64,000 nucleotides of DNA from an uncultured cyanobacterium (GTDB taxonomy: Bacteria > Cyanobacteriota > Cyanobacteriia > Cyanobacteriales > Nostocaceae), in contig CAVUDP010000002.1 in the NCBI GenBank assembly GCA_963740315.1, forward strand, positions 3,392,001 to 3,456,000, read 5' to 3'. The position numbers and the translations under genes are program-made. A model generated the notes under the pieces. The model worked only from the letters and a program-made list of their open reading frames with translations. It was not told where the DNA came from and did not search any database. Below are positions 1 through 8,710 of the stretch, in pieces; the stretch's first letter is position 1, and each line of letters starts with the position of its first letter.

Positions 1-507
1 GGTTTTCGTTCGCTTCCTAGTGGAGACGTTTTCTATTTTGCTCGTCCGTTAGCTGTTACCGAACAAAGTTGTTTGGTGTGTCACAGTACACCAGATGTTG
101 CACCTCCAAGTATGATCGAGCGTTACGGTACTGCTCATGGTTTTGGGTGGAAGTTAAATGAAATAATCGGCGCTCAAGTGATTTCAGTACCTGCGGATAG
201 AATTATTCATAAAGCCCACAAATCATCTGTGGTAATTATCGGTATCGTATCTATTATTTTTATCGCAGTGATTGTATTAGTAAATATATTCTTGAATAGG
301 CAAGTTATACTCCCATTGAAACGGATTACCCGTGTAGCTGAGGAAGTTAGTACCGGACATATGGAAGTTGATTTTGAGCAAGTATCTAATGACGAAATTG
401 GTAATCTTGCTAGAGCATTTAAAAGAATGAAGTTAAGCTTAGAAATGGCAATGAAGAGAATTCAAAAATCGAATAATATTAATATAAATAGTGAAGAATC
501 TTTTTAA
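1..507 (+). CDS. DUF3365-like c-type heme sensor domain + TM + HAMP membrane protein (5' truncated by window)
   Basis: Frame 1 is open from base 1. CLVCH heme-c motif, hydrophobic TM helix, then HAMP (PLKRITRVAEEVSTG...DEIGNLARAFKRM); no output domain before the stop. Confidence 0.75.
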   Translation, partial: GFRSLPSGDVFYFARPLAVTEQSCLVCHSTPDVAPPSMIERYGTAHGFGWKLNEIIGAQVISVPADRIIHKAHKSSVVIIGIVSIIFIAVIVLVNIFLNRQVILPLKRITRVAEEVSTGHMEVDFEQVSNDEIGNLARAFKRMKLSLEMAMKRIQKSNNININSEESF

Positions 508-540
508 AAGGATGGGCTGAAAAATCAATTCTTCTTTTAT

Positions 541-1830
541 TTAAACCCTTTTTTGAGTAAATATTTGCTGCGTAAACTCAGTAGCCTCTTGGAATTCAGG
601 AATTTCTTTTGCAAGCAATTCTACGAATTGATGCGGTGTTGCTTGAGGATTGTTTGCTAATACATCTTCTACAATCAAACTTGCCATTGGTCCGATGTAG
701 TAAGCTAATTGTTGTTGACAATTTTTTATAAAGGAGGGGCTTAGTAAATTAAACTGTTTTTGTTCGGGGTTATTTTTTTGATTTATTGAGCTAATTACTG
801 TTTGTTCAGCCTTAACATAAGATGGCTGTACTGTATGAGTTGAAACATCAGGTGGAGGTGATGTTAAAGCTTCGTTCTTAGTTTCCGAGGAAGAGAAAAA
901 TGTATGCTGCGGTTCAATCTTTTCGAGTTGTGTAAAAACTTCTTGTGTTGTCTGGTATCTTGCTTTAGGCTTATCTGCCAACATTCTATTAAGTATTTGT
1001 GCAAGAGCATCACTGATATTAGCATATTGCCGCCAGTTACAATCGAGTGAATATCTATCTATTAAGCACGATGGATTTTTACCAGTAAGTAAGACGATCG
1101 CCGTTACTCCTAATGCATAAATGTCACTGCTTGGAGAACATAAGCCCAAACTAATTTGTTCGTGGGGGGAATATCCTACTTTCCCTACAAGAGATATATT
1201 ACTTTGAGATCCGATTTGATTTGTTCTGTTAGCTTCTTTAAGTTCGGCTATTTGTTTTCCCACACCAAAATCAATCAGCACGGGTAAATTGCTACCTTCA
1301 GGCAACATGATATTATCCGGAGAAATATCTCGATGGATTACTTGATGTTGATGGACGTATTCCAAAACTGATAATAGATTTTTTAGCCAAAATATTATTT
1401 CTTTTTCTAAAAAAGTGTTTCCTTGATTTTGACGTTCCTGCAATAGTTCTGAATAGGTTTTACCGTTAATATATTCTTGAACTAAGAACAGCCTGTTTTC
1501 TCCTTCAAAACAAGCTAAAAAGCGCGGTATTTGGGGATGCTCTAATTTATGAAGAATTTTTGCTTCTCTTTTGAACAAATCACGGCATTTTTCAAGCCCA
1601 TCGCGATCGGTAGCAAAGGGAGCAAATTCCTTGAGGACGCAAGGTTCGTTAAAGCGACGGGTATCATAGGCTAAGTAAGTTCGTCCAATTCCTCCTTGTC
1701 CAAGCATTCTCTGAATGATGTAACGACTATCAACAAAAGTTCCAGAAGCTATTTCTGATTCGATAGAAGAGGACACAACCATTAATTTTTCACTCCTAGA
1801 ACTTGCTTCTATTTTATACTTAGTTTTCAA
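541..1830 (-). CDS. Hanks-type Ser/Thr protein kinase (likely start near 1782)
   Basis: GQGGIG P-loop, VLK, HRDISPDN, DFG motifs; C-terminal helical extension LAYYIGPMASLIV. Confidence 0.93.
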   Translation of the reverse strand: MKTKYKIEASSRSEKLMVVSSSIESEIASGTFVDSRYIIQRMLGQGGIGRTYLAYDTRRFNEPCVLKEFAPFATDRDGLEKCRDLFKREAKILHKLEHPQIPRFLACFEGENRLFLVQEYINGKTYSELLQERQNQGNTFLEKEIIFWLKNLLSVLEYVHQHQVIHRDISPDNIMLPEGSNLPVLIDFGVGKQIAELKEANRTNQIGSQSNISLVGKVGYSPHEQISLGLCSPSSDIYALGVTAIVLLTGKNPSCLIDRYSLDCNWRQYANISDALAQILNRMLADKPKARYQTTQEVFTQLEKIEPQHTFFSSSETKNEALTSPPPDVSTHTVQPSYVKAEQTVISSINQKNNPEQKQFNLLSPSFIKNCQQQLAYYIGPMASLIVEDVLANNPQATPHQFVELLAKEIPEFQEATEFTQQIFTQKRV

Positions 1831-2044
1831 TGAAAGCTTCTTATGCAGATGCGTTCTCGATCGAAGACTCGTGCGATCGATAAGGAAATTTTCGAGACAC
1901 CTTAATTTATCGGAGTTTGCGGAAAATCTTCTTTGGGGGCACCACTATTTATTCAGCATCTTAATTGTCTATATAAATTATAAAAATTTCACTAGAAAAA
2001 TGTAAACTTTAATGTAAATATTAATTAACAATTGTAAAGCAGGG

Positions 2045-2932
2045 TTAATTAGTGCTTTTTGTATTAACAGATGTGTCGGGTAGCAAAATTGCCGGTGTTT
2101 CTTTAACCCGCGTTTCTAAAGGTTTAACTTTTTCAAGTAGCTGAATAAATTGCTTATATTCAGGAACTCTGACACTAGGAATATAACCCGTATCTGCTGT
2201 AATATTTGCGGGGGCTTCACTCATCACTTTTTGTATTTGTTTTTCACGATTTCGGTCAACTGTTGGTGATATCAGTACTAATCCGGGAGGAATCCACCGA
2301 CTAGTATGGATAATTCTAAACTTAGTTTGGTTAAACTGCCGTTTAAAAATTTCAAAGTTCATTTCAGATAAAGCACCAGCATCAACGCTACCTTCTTTTA
2401 ACCATTGAAGTGATGTTTTAGGAGTAGGAGCAAAACGAATTTCACTTATAGTTAAACCGTAAAGATCGTACAAAGGAACATAATAGCCAGCGGCAGAACC
2501 TATTTGACCTAAAGCAACGGTTTTATTCGCCAAATCTGGTATTTTTTTGATTGGACTATCGTCTCGGACTACAAGTATCGAACGCTGTCTGCTACTGACT
2601 TCACCCATTGAAAACAAAGGAACGTAGAGTTGCTTATCAATGGCGATCGCGGCTAAACCAGGGGGTGCAAAAACAATATCCCATTGCTTGCGACGAATTT
2701 GGTCAATAGCTTGTAATTCGTTGTAAGCCGGTTCTAGTTCTACAATCGACTTTGTTTGTGCTGCTATGTAGTTTTTGAAGCGCTCGAATTTATCGAGTGA
2801 AAGGTCTTCTTCTCCATAACTGACTACGCCTATAGTAACTTTTTCTGGAACTGCATTTTCCGAATCGCATCCCATGCCTAAGAATGCAAGTAATATTAAA
2901 AACCAAAATCGTACAAACCTACGTGCAAACAT
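2045..2932 (-). CDS. PhnD/SsuA-like phosphate/phosphonate substrate-binding lipoprotein
   Basis: Lipobox (LGMGC), GSAAGYYVP motif, periplasmic binding-protein pattern. Confidence 0.8.
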   Translation of the reverse strand: MFARRFVRFWFLILLAFLGMGCDSENAVPEKVTIGVVSYGEEDLSLDKFERFKNYIAAQTKSIVELEPAYNELQAIDQIRRKQWDIVFAPPGLAAIAIDKQLYVPLFSMGEVSSRQRSILVVRDDSPIKKIPDLANKTVALGQIGSAAGYYVPLYDLYGLTISEIRFAPTPKTSLQWLKEGSVDAGALSEMNFEIFKRQFNQTKFRIIHTSRWIPPGLVLISPTVDRNREKQIQKVMSEAPANITADTGYIPSVRVPEYKQFIQLLEKVKPLETRVKETPAILLPDTSVNTKSTN

Positions 2933-3081
2933 ATTTTTCTATGCTTCTCTATATTTTTTACAAATACTTTTAAAACTTAATTTCCCATAAAATACTATGT
3001 GTAATTTTAGGATACCTATTGAATAACATATGCGATATCTGCTTTTTTTTAAGTAAATACATATAAATAAATTTAACAATA

Positions 3082-3175
3082 ATAGGATTTACGCAACCGC
3101 AACGATTATTAGCCATCCTAGAATTTTACATTCCCCCAACCCTCCGATAAATTGGGGGGCTTTGCGTAAGTCCTC
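3082..3175. repeat. Cyanobacterial intergenic inverted-repeat element
   Basis: Ends TAGGATTTACGCA ... TGCGTAAGTCCT form an imperfect inverted repeat with an internal CCCCCAA/TTGGGGG hairpin. Confidence 0.55.
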
Positions 3176-3454
3176 AAAATTAGACAATCCAGTTTTTGTG
3201 GCTTTACGTAAAACAAGTTTATTACGATGTAGTTGTTCTAGCTACTTTCAAATTAAAAAGTGCTTGCGTCTATTGGTGTCAACTGAAATTAATAATTCAT
3301 AACTAATTGAAAGACATCTTCGGAAAACATTTAACTCCATAAAACTGGATGCAACACCGAAGCCTACCTTAAACTAGAGTATAAGAGTATATCGGTTGAC
3401 TCTTCTACCAAATCATGGTAAAAATATCCTTTTTTGTTTTTGGAGTAGATTAAA

Positions 3455-3646
3455 ATGGGTGGGTTCGTTACTGTTTTACTAATAGTAGGTTATGCGGGTG
3501 GTGCTTGGAAGTTTTGGACTGGGTTTAGAAAAACTAATTTCAGCAACAGCTTCACAAATCGCCTTGCTTTATCATTGTTATGGCCAGCTTGCTTTGTTGG
3601 GAGTAAATCCTATCGGAAAAATTTTACAAAAGCGCTAAAAGGTTAA
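3455..3646 (+). CDS. Small conserved-looking membrane protein (63 aa)
   Basis: GGAG RBS, hydrophobic N-terminus, WKFWTGF and LLWP motifs, followed by a hairpin + T-run. Confidence 0.75.
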   Translation: MGGFVTVLLIVGYAGGAWKFWTGFRKTNFSNSFTNRLALSLLWPACFVGSKSYRKNFTKALKG

Positions 3647-3695
3647 AGGTTATTTAAACATTTCCATGAAATACATGGGTAAACAAACAAGTTTG

Positions 3696-3725
3696 TCAGA
3701 GAACTAAAATCTCTGGCTTTTTTTT
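3696..3725 (+). terminator. Rho-independent terminator
   Basis: GTCAGAGA-loop-TCTCTGGC followed by T8 downstream of the 63-aa gene. Confidence 0.6.
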
Positions 3726-3777
3726 ATAGAAATCAAAATAAATTGTAGCGATAGGGGGCTTTTTGGCTCGCACTAGG

Positions 3778-3985
3778 AAAGCTGTTTTTATTTGTTAAAT
3801 GAGCGAGCTTTCCGGCGATCGCTACGACAGCTTAGTAGTTAAAAAAGCTGTTTTTATTTGTTAAGCTAGCGAGCTTTCCGGCGATCGCGACGACAGCTGT
3901 TTTTCATTTGTTAAACCAGCGAGCAAGATGCTGTCCTAAGAGGACACGCTACGCGTTCACCTTACTGTGCGGCTAACGCACTACG
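3778..3985. repeat. Tandem direct repeats of a ~55-nt unit plus REP-like element with nested insert
   Basis: AGCTGTTTTTATTTGTTAA..GCGAGCTTTCCGGCGATCGC..CGACAGCT occurs twice; a third partial copy runs into GCGAGCAAGATGCT[insert]CGCACTAC. Confidence 0.7.
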
Positions 3986-4153
3986 AAAAATGATAAATTA
4001 ATATTTTTAAAAATCATTTAAAATAATTACGAAAAAGATTATAAATCATAAATAATCCAATCCCCAATGCCCATTCACGCGCAGCGTGCGGGCTTAGCCC
4101 AATCCCCAATGCCCAATTCCCATCTCGCGGAGCGTGCGGGGGTATCCCAATCT

Positions 4154-5326
4154 TTATTTCTTCCGTCTCTTAGCAAGCTGACGTACTTGCAAGTTTAATA
4201 AATAACCAAAACCAGCTTTTTCTAAACGATGCACAAATTCATCGTAATTATTTCCTAATGCTTTGGCAGTAGCTTCAAGATTCCAGTTATATTCAGCTAA
4301 TTGACTAAGTAAATAAACTCTTTTTGTTTGTGCCTTAGATAAACGAAATGTTTTTATATACTCTAATTCTCCATTTTCTCGGATGATAGCTTCTCCAATA
4401 TGATTTTCTTCTTTAAGTTGGATATCGGTAATAAACCGTTGTAATGTAAAGGGACCAGCATTGTAAACTATTTTAGATTGCAATGAACGACCTAAGATTC
4501 CTTCAGCCATAAAACCTTGAAAAGATGCCCAATCCATTCGCATTTTTTCTATAGCTAATCTTAAATTTGTTAAACTATTAATTTCCGATTCATTTACAGA
4601 CACATCCATAGGATAAGTTGTATCGTAAAGCAAACCGTATTGATAAATTAATTCGCCATAGAAATCTTCTAACAAACTCGCGTGTAATAATCGATAATCC
4701 TCCGGAGTCGGAACCACAAAAGCCGATGCTAACGCTTCCGCAACAAATACTAAAACTCCAACTTGATTGGGATAAATTTCAAATACCCGCAAAGCATCTT
4801 CTAATCGAGAAATATAACGCCCTTCAACAGCGGTTTCGTAGCGACAACCCAATCCATGTGAAAGAGCATACTTAGAATATTCACTCCAAGCAATATCGGG
4901 ACCAGAAAAAAACATCGACAGAAAACCTTCCATCGCTAAATGTAGGGGTAAAAATCTTAACTGATGATTCGATTCCCGCTTTCTCATCCGATGCATTAAA
5001 CGCACGCTACCATAACCGCGATCGAGCCGTTTACCATCAGATTCGGGTTGATTTTTTTGTCTATTCATTTGTCCTCCCAAAGCAGCCACCGGGCTACCAT
5101 CATTAGTCCAAGACATCACCAACCCGTGGGGAACGTAAGCATAATAGTTGATATTTTTTTCTAAAGAAACAACAGTTAAATCTTCATCATAAGAACGATT
5201 CATTAAACGTAAATCGCTGCGTATATTACGCCTTAATAACGGCACAATTCGCACTGCACCACGCACTTGAGAAGGTGCAATTTCTAATCCTTTCAAAGAG
5301 ATATCAGTTAATAAATTTTTTTTCAT
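4154..5326 (-). CDS. ARPP-2-like domain protein with C-terminal Fis-type HTH
   Basis: 390-aa ORF; recalled family pattern (PxQxxGAVRIVPL, FLPLHLAMEGFL, LEDALRVFEI); C-terminal LLSQLAEYNWNLEATAKALG resembles a Fis HTH. Confidence 0.6.
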   Translation of the reverse strand: MKKNLLTDISLKGLEIAPSQVRGAVRIVPLLRRNIRSDLRLMNRSYDEDLTVVSLEKNINYYAYVPHGLVMSWTNDGSPVAALGGQMNRQKNQPESDGKRLDRGYGSVRLMHRMRKRESNHQLRFLPLHLAMEGFLSMFFSGPDIAWSEYSKYALSHGLGCRYETAVEGRYISRLEDALRVFEIYPNQVGVLVFVAEALASAFVVPTPEDYRLLHASLLEDFYGELIYQYGLLYDTTYPMDVSVNESEINSLTNLRLAIEKMRMDWASFQGFMAEGILGRSLQSKIVYNAGPFTLQRFITDIQLKEENHIGEAIIRENGELEYIKTFRLSKAQTKRVYLLSQLAEYNWNLEATAKALGNNYDEFVHRLEKAGFGYLLNLQVRQLAKRRKK

Positions 5327-5342
5327 AAAATCTCTTGAGTTT

Positions 5343-5395
5343 GTAGTAAGGGCTTTAGCCCTTATAAGAATTTAAAGAGCTAAAGCTCTTACTAC
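5343..5395. repeat. REP-like palindrome overlapping the 3' end of the vWA gene
   Basis: GTAGTAAG...CTTACTAC ends with two inner hairpins; related cores near 16456-16506, 39109-39156 and 55870-55919. Confidence 0.7.
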
Positions 5396-6794
5396 GAGCT
5401 TCTAAATAATCTTCCAATTCCGATAAACAAGCCGAACCATTTGCAAATTGAGCAAAACCCAACATTGTTGGTAAATCTTGTGCATCTCGTAAACCTACGG
5501 TGGGAATATCGGCAGATAAAGGACGTAATGAAAAGTCGTCGGCGTTGAAAACAGGATTGCAGTGAACTATTGATGTACGCCCGTGGGGATCTAAACGTTT
5601 GCGAAAAATATGTAATACCTGCGCCGCACCACATGGCGGGTCGTTTTCGCAACCATCGGAAACAATTATTACTAAGTCTGCACCCCATTCCAATGCATCT
5701 AATAAAGGTGTTGCTAAGTCAGATTGTCCGCGCGAACGTACAAGCAATGCATCTTTCGGAGGTAGCGTCCAAAAATCTCGATATTCTTGAGATGCGGCTT
5801 TTAACAAGTAGTGAGTAGCTAAAGCGACACCCAAAGGACGACGACGCTTTTCGGAAGAACCGTAACTTGAATAGCTGCAATCTAAAACCGCTGCAACTTT
5901 CCCTAATTTTAAAGGTGCTTTGGTTAATGTTTTTTGAGCGGATTTTTCTAGAGCTAAACTGAGAATATCCCGTTTCTGTTTTCGAGTTTCCACGGGTAAG
6001 GAAAGAATATATAAGGCTAATTTAGTTAAAGCCAGACGACCTAAATCTAAATCTATTTTGATTTTTGCGCTTTCAGCCGCACCTTGAAAACGTAATTTCT
6101 CGTTCAAAGTCATCTTTTCTTGGATGCGCGATAAGAAAACTTCGCGCTCAATTTTATGCTTGGCTGCTAAACCCTCGGCAACAGTAAAAGGTAGTTCGTA
6201 GACTGCTTCGGCGCTAAAATGTGCTTGACGGAAGTTTTCAAATAACTTCGTTTCATAGACTTTTTGCTTCCAGTTGCGAAACAGAAAATTACTCAATTCT
6301 CCTTGAAGTTTCAAGTGTGCGTGAGTAACTATGGCTCGCACCTTAGAACGGTACTTTACCGCATCAAAATCCATATTGCGGCGAAAATTCACATAATCGC
6401 GAGCGATCGCACGGCTGCGACGGTTATTAATTTTTCGCTGTCTGAGTTGCTGTAAGATTCCCCAAGCACGCTGCGGTGGCAATTGTTGCAATGCACTAGC
6501 AATTAATGCGCCTTCTTCTTGCCGATGTTGTGAAGATGTATTTTTCCCCGTCGCTAACAGGTTTAAAATGATTTGTGCTTGATTAAAATGATTAATTCCT
6601 GCTGCCAAAGTACGAGCATATAGTAAACGGTAATTACCTAAAATATACTGGTGAAGAAAGTCAATTGACACTTTCTGTCCGTAAGCATCATCATAAAATT
6701 CTCGCTGTCCCGTACAGGATAAACAAGCATTAATAAACATCACCAAATCTTCCCGCGCAACAACTTCTGCACGGCTATTTAAAGTAGCATTCAT
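5355..6794 (-). CDS. Helical N-terminal + vWA domain protein (possible TROVE/Ro60-like)
   Basis: ATG at 6794 gives 479 aa; the upstream ORF extension is STRR-derived PLYPLS repeats. MIDAS-type VLDCSYSS and IIVSDGCEND motifs; basic helical N-terminal region. Confidence 0.7.
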   Translation of the reverse strand: MNATLNSRAEVVAREDLVMFINACLSCTGQREFYDDAYGQKVSIDFLHQYILGNYRLLYARTLAAGINHFNQAQIILNLLATGKNTSSQHRQEEGALIASALQQLPPQRAWGILQQLRQRKINNRRSRAIARDYVNFRRNMDFDAVKYRSKVRAIVTHAHLKLQGELSNFLFRNWKQKVYETKLFENFRQAHFSAEAVYELPFTVAEGLAAKHKIEREVFLSRIQEKMTLNEKLRFQGAAESAKIKIDLDLGRLALTKLALYILSLPVETRKQKRDILSLALEKSAQKTLTKAPLKLGKVAAVLDCSYSSYGSSEKRRRPLGVALATHYLLKAASQEYRDFWTLPPKDALLVRSRGQSDLATPLLDALEWGADLVIIVSDGCENDPPCGAAQVLHIFRKRLDPHGRTSIVHCNPVFNADDFSLRPLSADIPTVGLRDAQDLPTMLGFAQFANGSACLSELEDYLEARSKSFSSLNSYKG

Positions 6795-6805
6795 GGGCAG
6801 TAGGG

Positions 6806-7017
6806 GAAATGGTGAGAGAGGGTAGAGGGGGGAGAGGGGGGAGAGGGGGTAGAGGGGGGAGAGGGGGTAGAGGGGGGAGAGGGGGTAGAGTGGTTTAGAT
6901 AGCGAGCGTCTCGCTCGCACTACAAAGATGCGGAGAAATGTTAATTTACAACTCTTAACTCCTAACTCTTAACTCCTAACTCCTAACTCCTAACTCTTAA
7001 CTCCTAACTCCTAACCC
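6806..7017. repeat. STRR tandem repeats (GGGGTAGAG/GGGGGAGAG nonamers; CTCCTAA heptamers) with REP half-site
   Basis: Directly visible tandem units; GCGAGCGTCTCGCTCGCACTAC at ~6902-6923. Confidence 0.9.
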
Positions 7018-7071
7018 CGGTGGTTCCAACTATAAATCCAAAAAATCTAAAATCTAAAATCGAAGAGGGGA

Positions 7072-7156
7072 TGCTGTTCGGGGAAAGGCGGCACGACTGA
7101 CTATGACCAGTTAGAAGTGGGATTCGGAAGTCGTACCATAGTCCCGCGAACAGCAA
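7072..7156 (-). ncRNA. Candidate Y-RNA-like structured RNA
   Basis: Minus strand UGCUGUUCG(C)GGGA...UCCCCGAACAGCA 13-bp terminal stem with a single bulged C; inner 9-bp stem GGUACGACU/AGUCGUGCC with a U-G wobble; GC-rich island in AT-rich flanks. Confidence 0.55.
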
Positions 7157-7161
7157 GACTG

Positions 7162-7167
7162 ATAATA
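7162..7167 (-). promoter_or_regulatory. Putative -10 element for the candidate RNA
   Basis: TATTAT on the minus strand about 6 nt upstream of the 5' end of the terminal stem; the region is AT-rich so this is weak alone. Confidence 0.35.
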
Positions 7168-7211
7168 ATTCGTAATTATTAATTCTTAATTATTAATTCT
7201 TAGTTATTAAA

Positions 7212-7577
7212 TTAAGCGTGACAGAATTTAAAATTGAACATTTCATGTAATAAATATTCAGTAGATTCCGCAAATTCAGTCACGAAAACACCTGTTTCGC
7301 TTTCTACTTCTGATGTCAACCAAGTACCTTTTAAAACAACTTCAACCGAATCAGCATCACAATGACAGAATTCCACGATATTTTCACCGTTCAGTTTTTC
7401 TAAATCAATTAAATATGATGAATCTGCCGGGATTAAAAGAGAAGCTGTGTTAAATTCAATATAAATACTGGTAGCACTACGGATACTTAGAAGTACTCTG
7501 GTATTTATCCAATCTTCTAAAGACTGTTTTAAGCAATCTAAGCCGATATTATTGTCGGTATAAGTAAGTTTTAACAT
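7212..7577 (-). CDS. alr0857-family cyanobacterial protein
   Basis: MLKLTYT start, LEDWINTRVLL and VEVVLKGTW...GVFVT motifs recalled for this family. Confidence 0.7.
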   Translation of the reverse strand: MLKLTYTDNNIGLDCLKQSLEDWINTRVLLSIRSATSIYIEFNTASLLIPADSSYLIDLEKLNGENIVEFCHCDADSVEVVLKGTWLTSEVESETGVFVTEFAESTEYLLHEMFNFKFCHA

Positions 7578-8328
7578 GGTTACTTTTCTACATCATCGGT
7601 GAAATTATTAAGAAAACAGAAAGTAGTTAGATATTGATTTGTTTATCTGTTATACACACTATATTCGAGGCTAATTCCCTTAAGCTAATAAAAATTAAAA
7701 TATTCCGAAAGCCAGTAGCAGCAAGGATAAACGGTTAGGGGAAACTATTTAAGTTAGGGGAATCCCTTAGCTTTTGACAAAAAATTACCCTTTAATGATG
7801 TATTATTAAGATTCTGGAAAAGCAAATTACAAAATTGTTAAGTTTGAATTCACAGTATGGTTAAAAGTATAAATATATAACCTTAGAAGGATAGTTTAAC
7901 TTTTCTATTTTCAGGAGAATAAGTTTATGCTTGCTTTTACTCAACGGCTAGATTGTAGGTGTATCTCTTTTACAGCAGCACAAAGTTTTAGAAAACAGGA
8001 TGTTTATGGTAAAAGCATAAACTGCTAACATGGTGATATTTCGGATTCTTTTTTCAGGGTTATCAAGTTAGACTCGGATAGATTATTTATACCTGGGTGA
8101 AATCAACCAATTTGTTGGTCGTAGATTTTTTACTACTTTATATTCCTAGTATGAACAAAGGTCAAAATTTGCTGATTTTGATTTTCTGTATATAGGAAAG
8201 TAGTTGAATCAGCCCTTATAAAAAATGAGTTCCCATCCTCAACTATTGTTTGAAAATCACCTATAAACGCTTCAGGTTGCATCTTGGAAGCGTATTTTAC
8301 CCTCAATTAGACACAATTAGGAGAAACA

Positions 8329-8610
8329 ATGCTTCACAGTAATAATGGCGAAACTCTTTCTATCTACGAATGGTTATCTAGAGCAGGATTCCAGAATTCC
8401 GATGTATTTAAAATGGAACCGGAATTAATTCGTCATCTTCACAAACAGTGGTTTGTATACCGCGAATTAGTACAAACTTTTATGTCCGAAACTGGCTGTT
8501 CCGATCCCGGTGAGTTTGAAATCAACCATCCATATCGCACCCCTCAAGTACCTCAATCAAGTTCTTCTTATTATGTAGAAGTAGGACGTGTTAGGGCACT
8601 ATACTCCTAA
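8329..8610 (+). CDS. Hypothetical protein (93 aa)
   Basis: Strong AGGAG RBS before ATG; protein-like composition; no recognised domain. Confidence 0.65.
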   Translation: MLHSNNGETLSIYEWLSRAGFQNSDVFKMEPELIRHLHKQWFVYRELVQTFMSETGCSDPGEFEINHPYRTPQVPQSSSSYYVEVGRVRALYS

Positions 8611-8637
8611 AGGTTAAAGTATATATATGTACAATAA

Positions 8638-8672
8638 TCGTAACGCACCATTTTCTCTACAGTGCGTTACGA
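8638..8672. terminator. Hairpin between convergent genes
   Basis: TCGTAACGCAC...GTGCGTTACGA perfect 11-bp inverted repeat. Confidence 0.6.
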
Positions 8673-8710
8673 AGTTGTTTAATAAAAAACAACCTGTAAG
8701 AAAAAAATAA

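Noticed and set aside
6795..6920. N-terminal PLYPLS extension of the vWA ORF
   Set aside because: It is translated STRR nonamer DNA; the ATG at 6794 is the more plausible start.
7072..7156. tRNA or plain terminator reading of the hairpin
   Set aside because: No cloverleaf, T-loop or CCA; too long and multi-stemmed for a simple terminator and lacks a U-tract, although a terminator role is not excluded.
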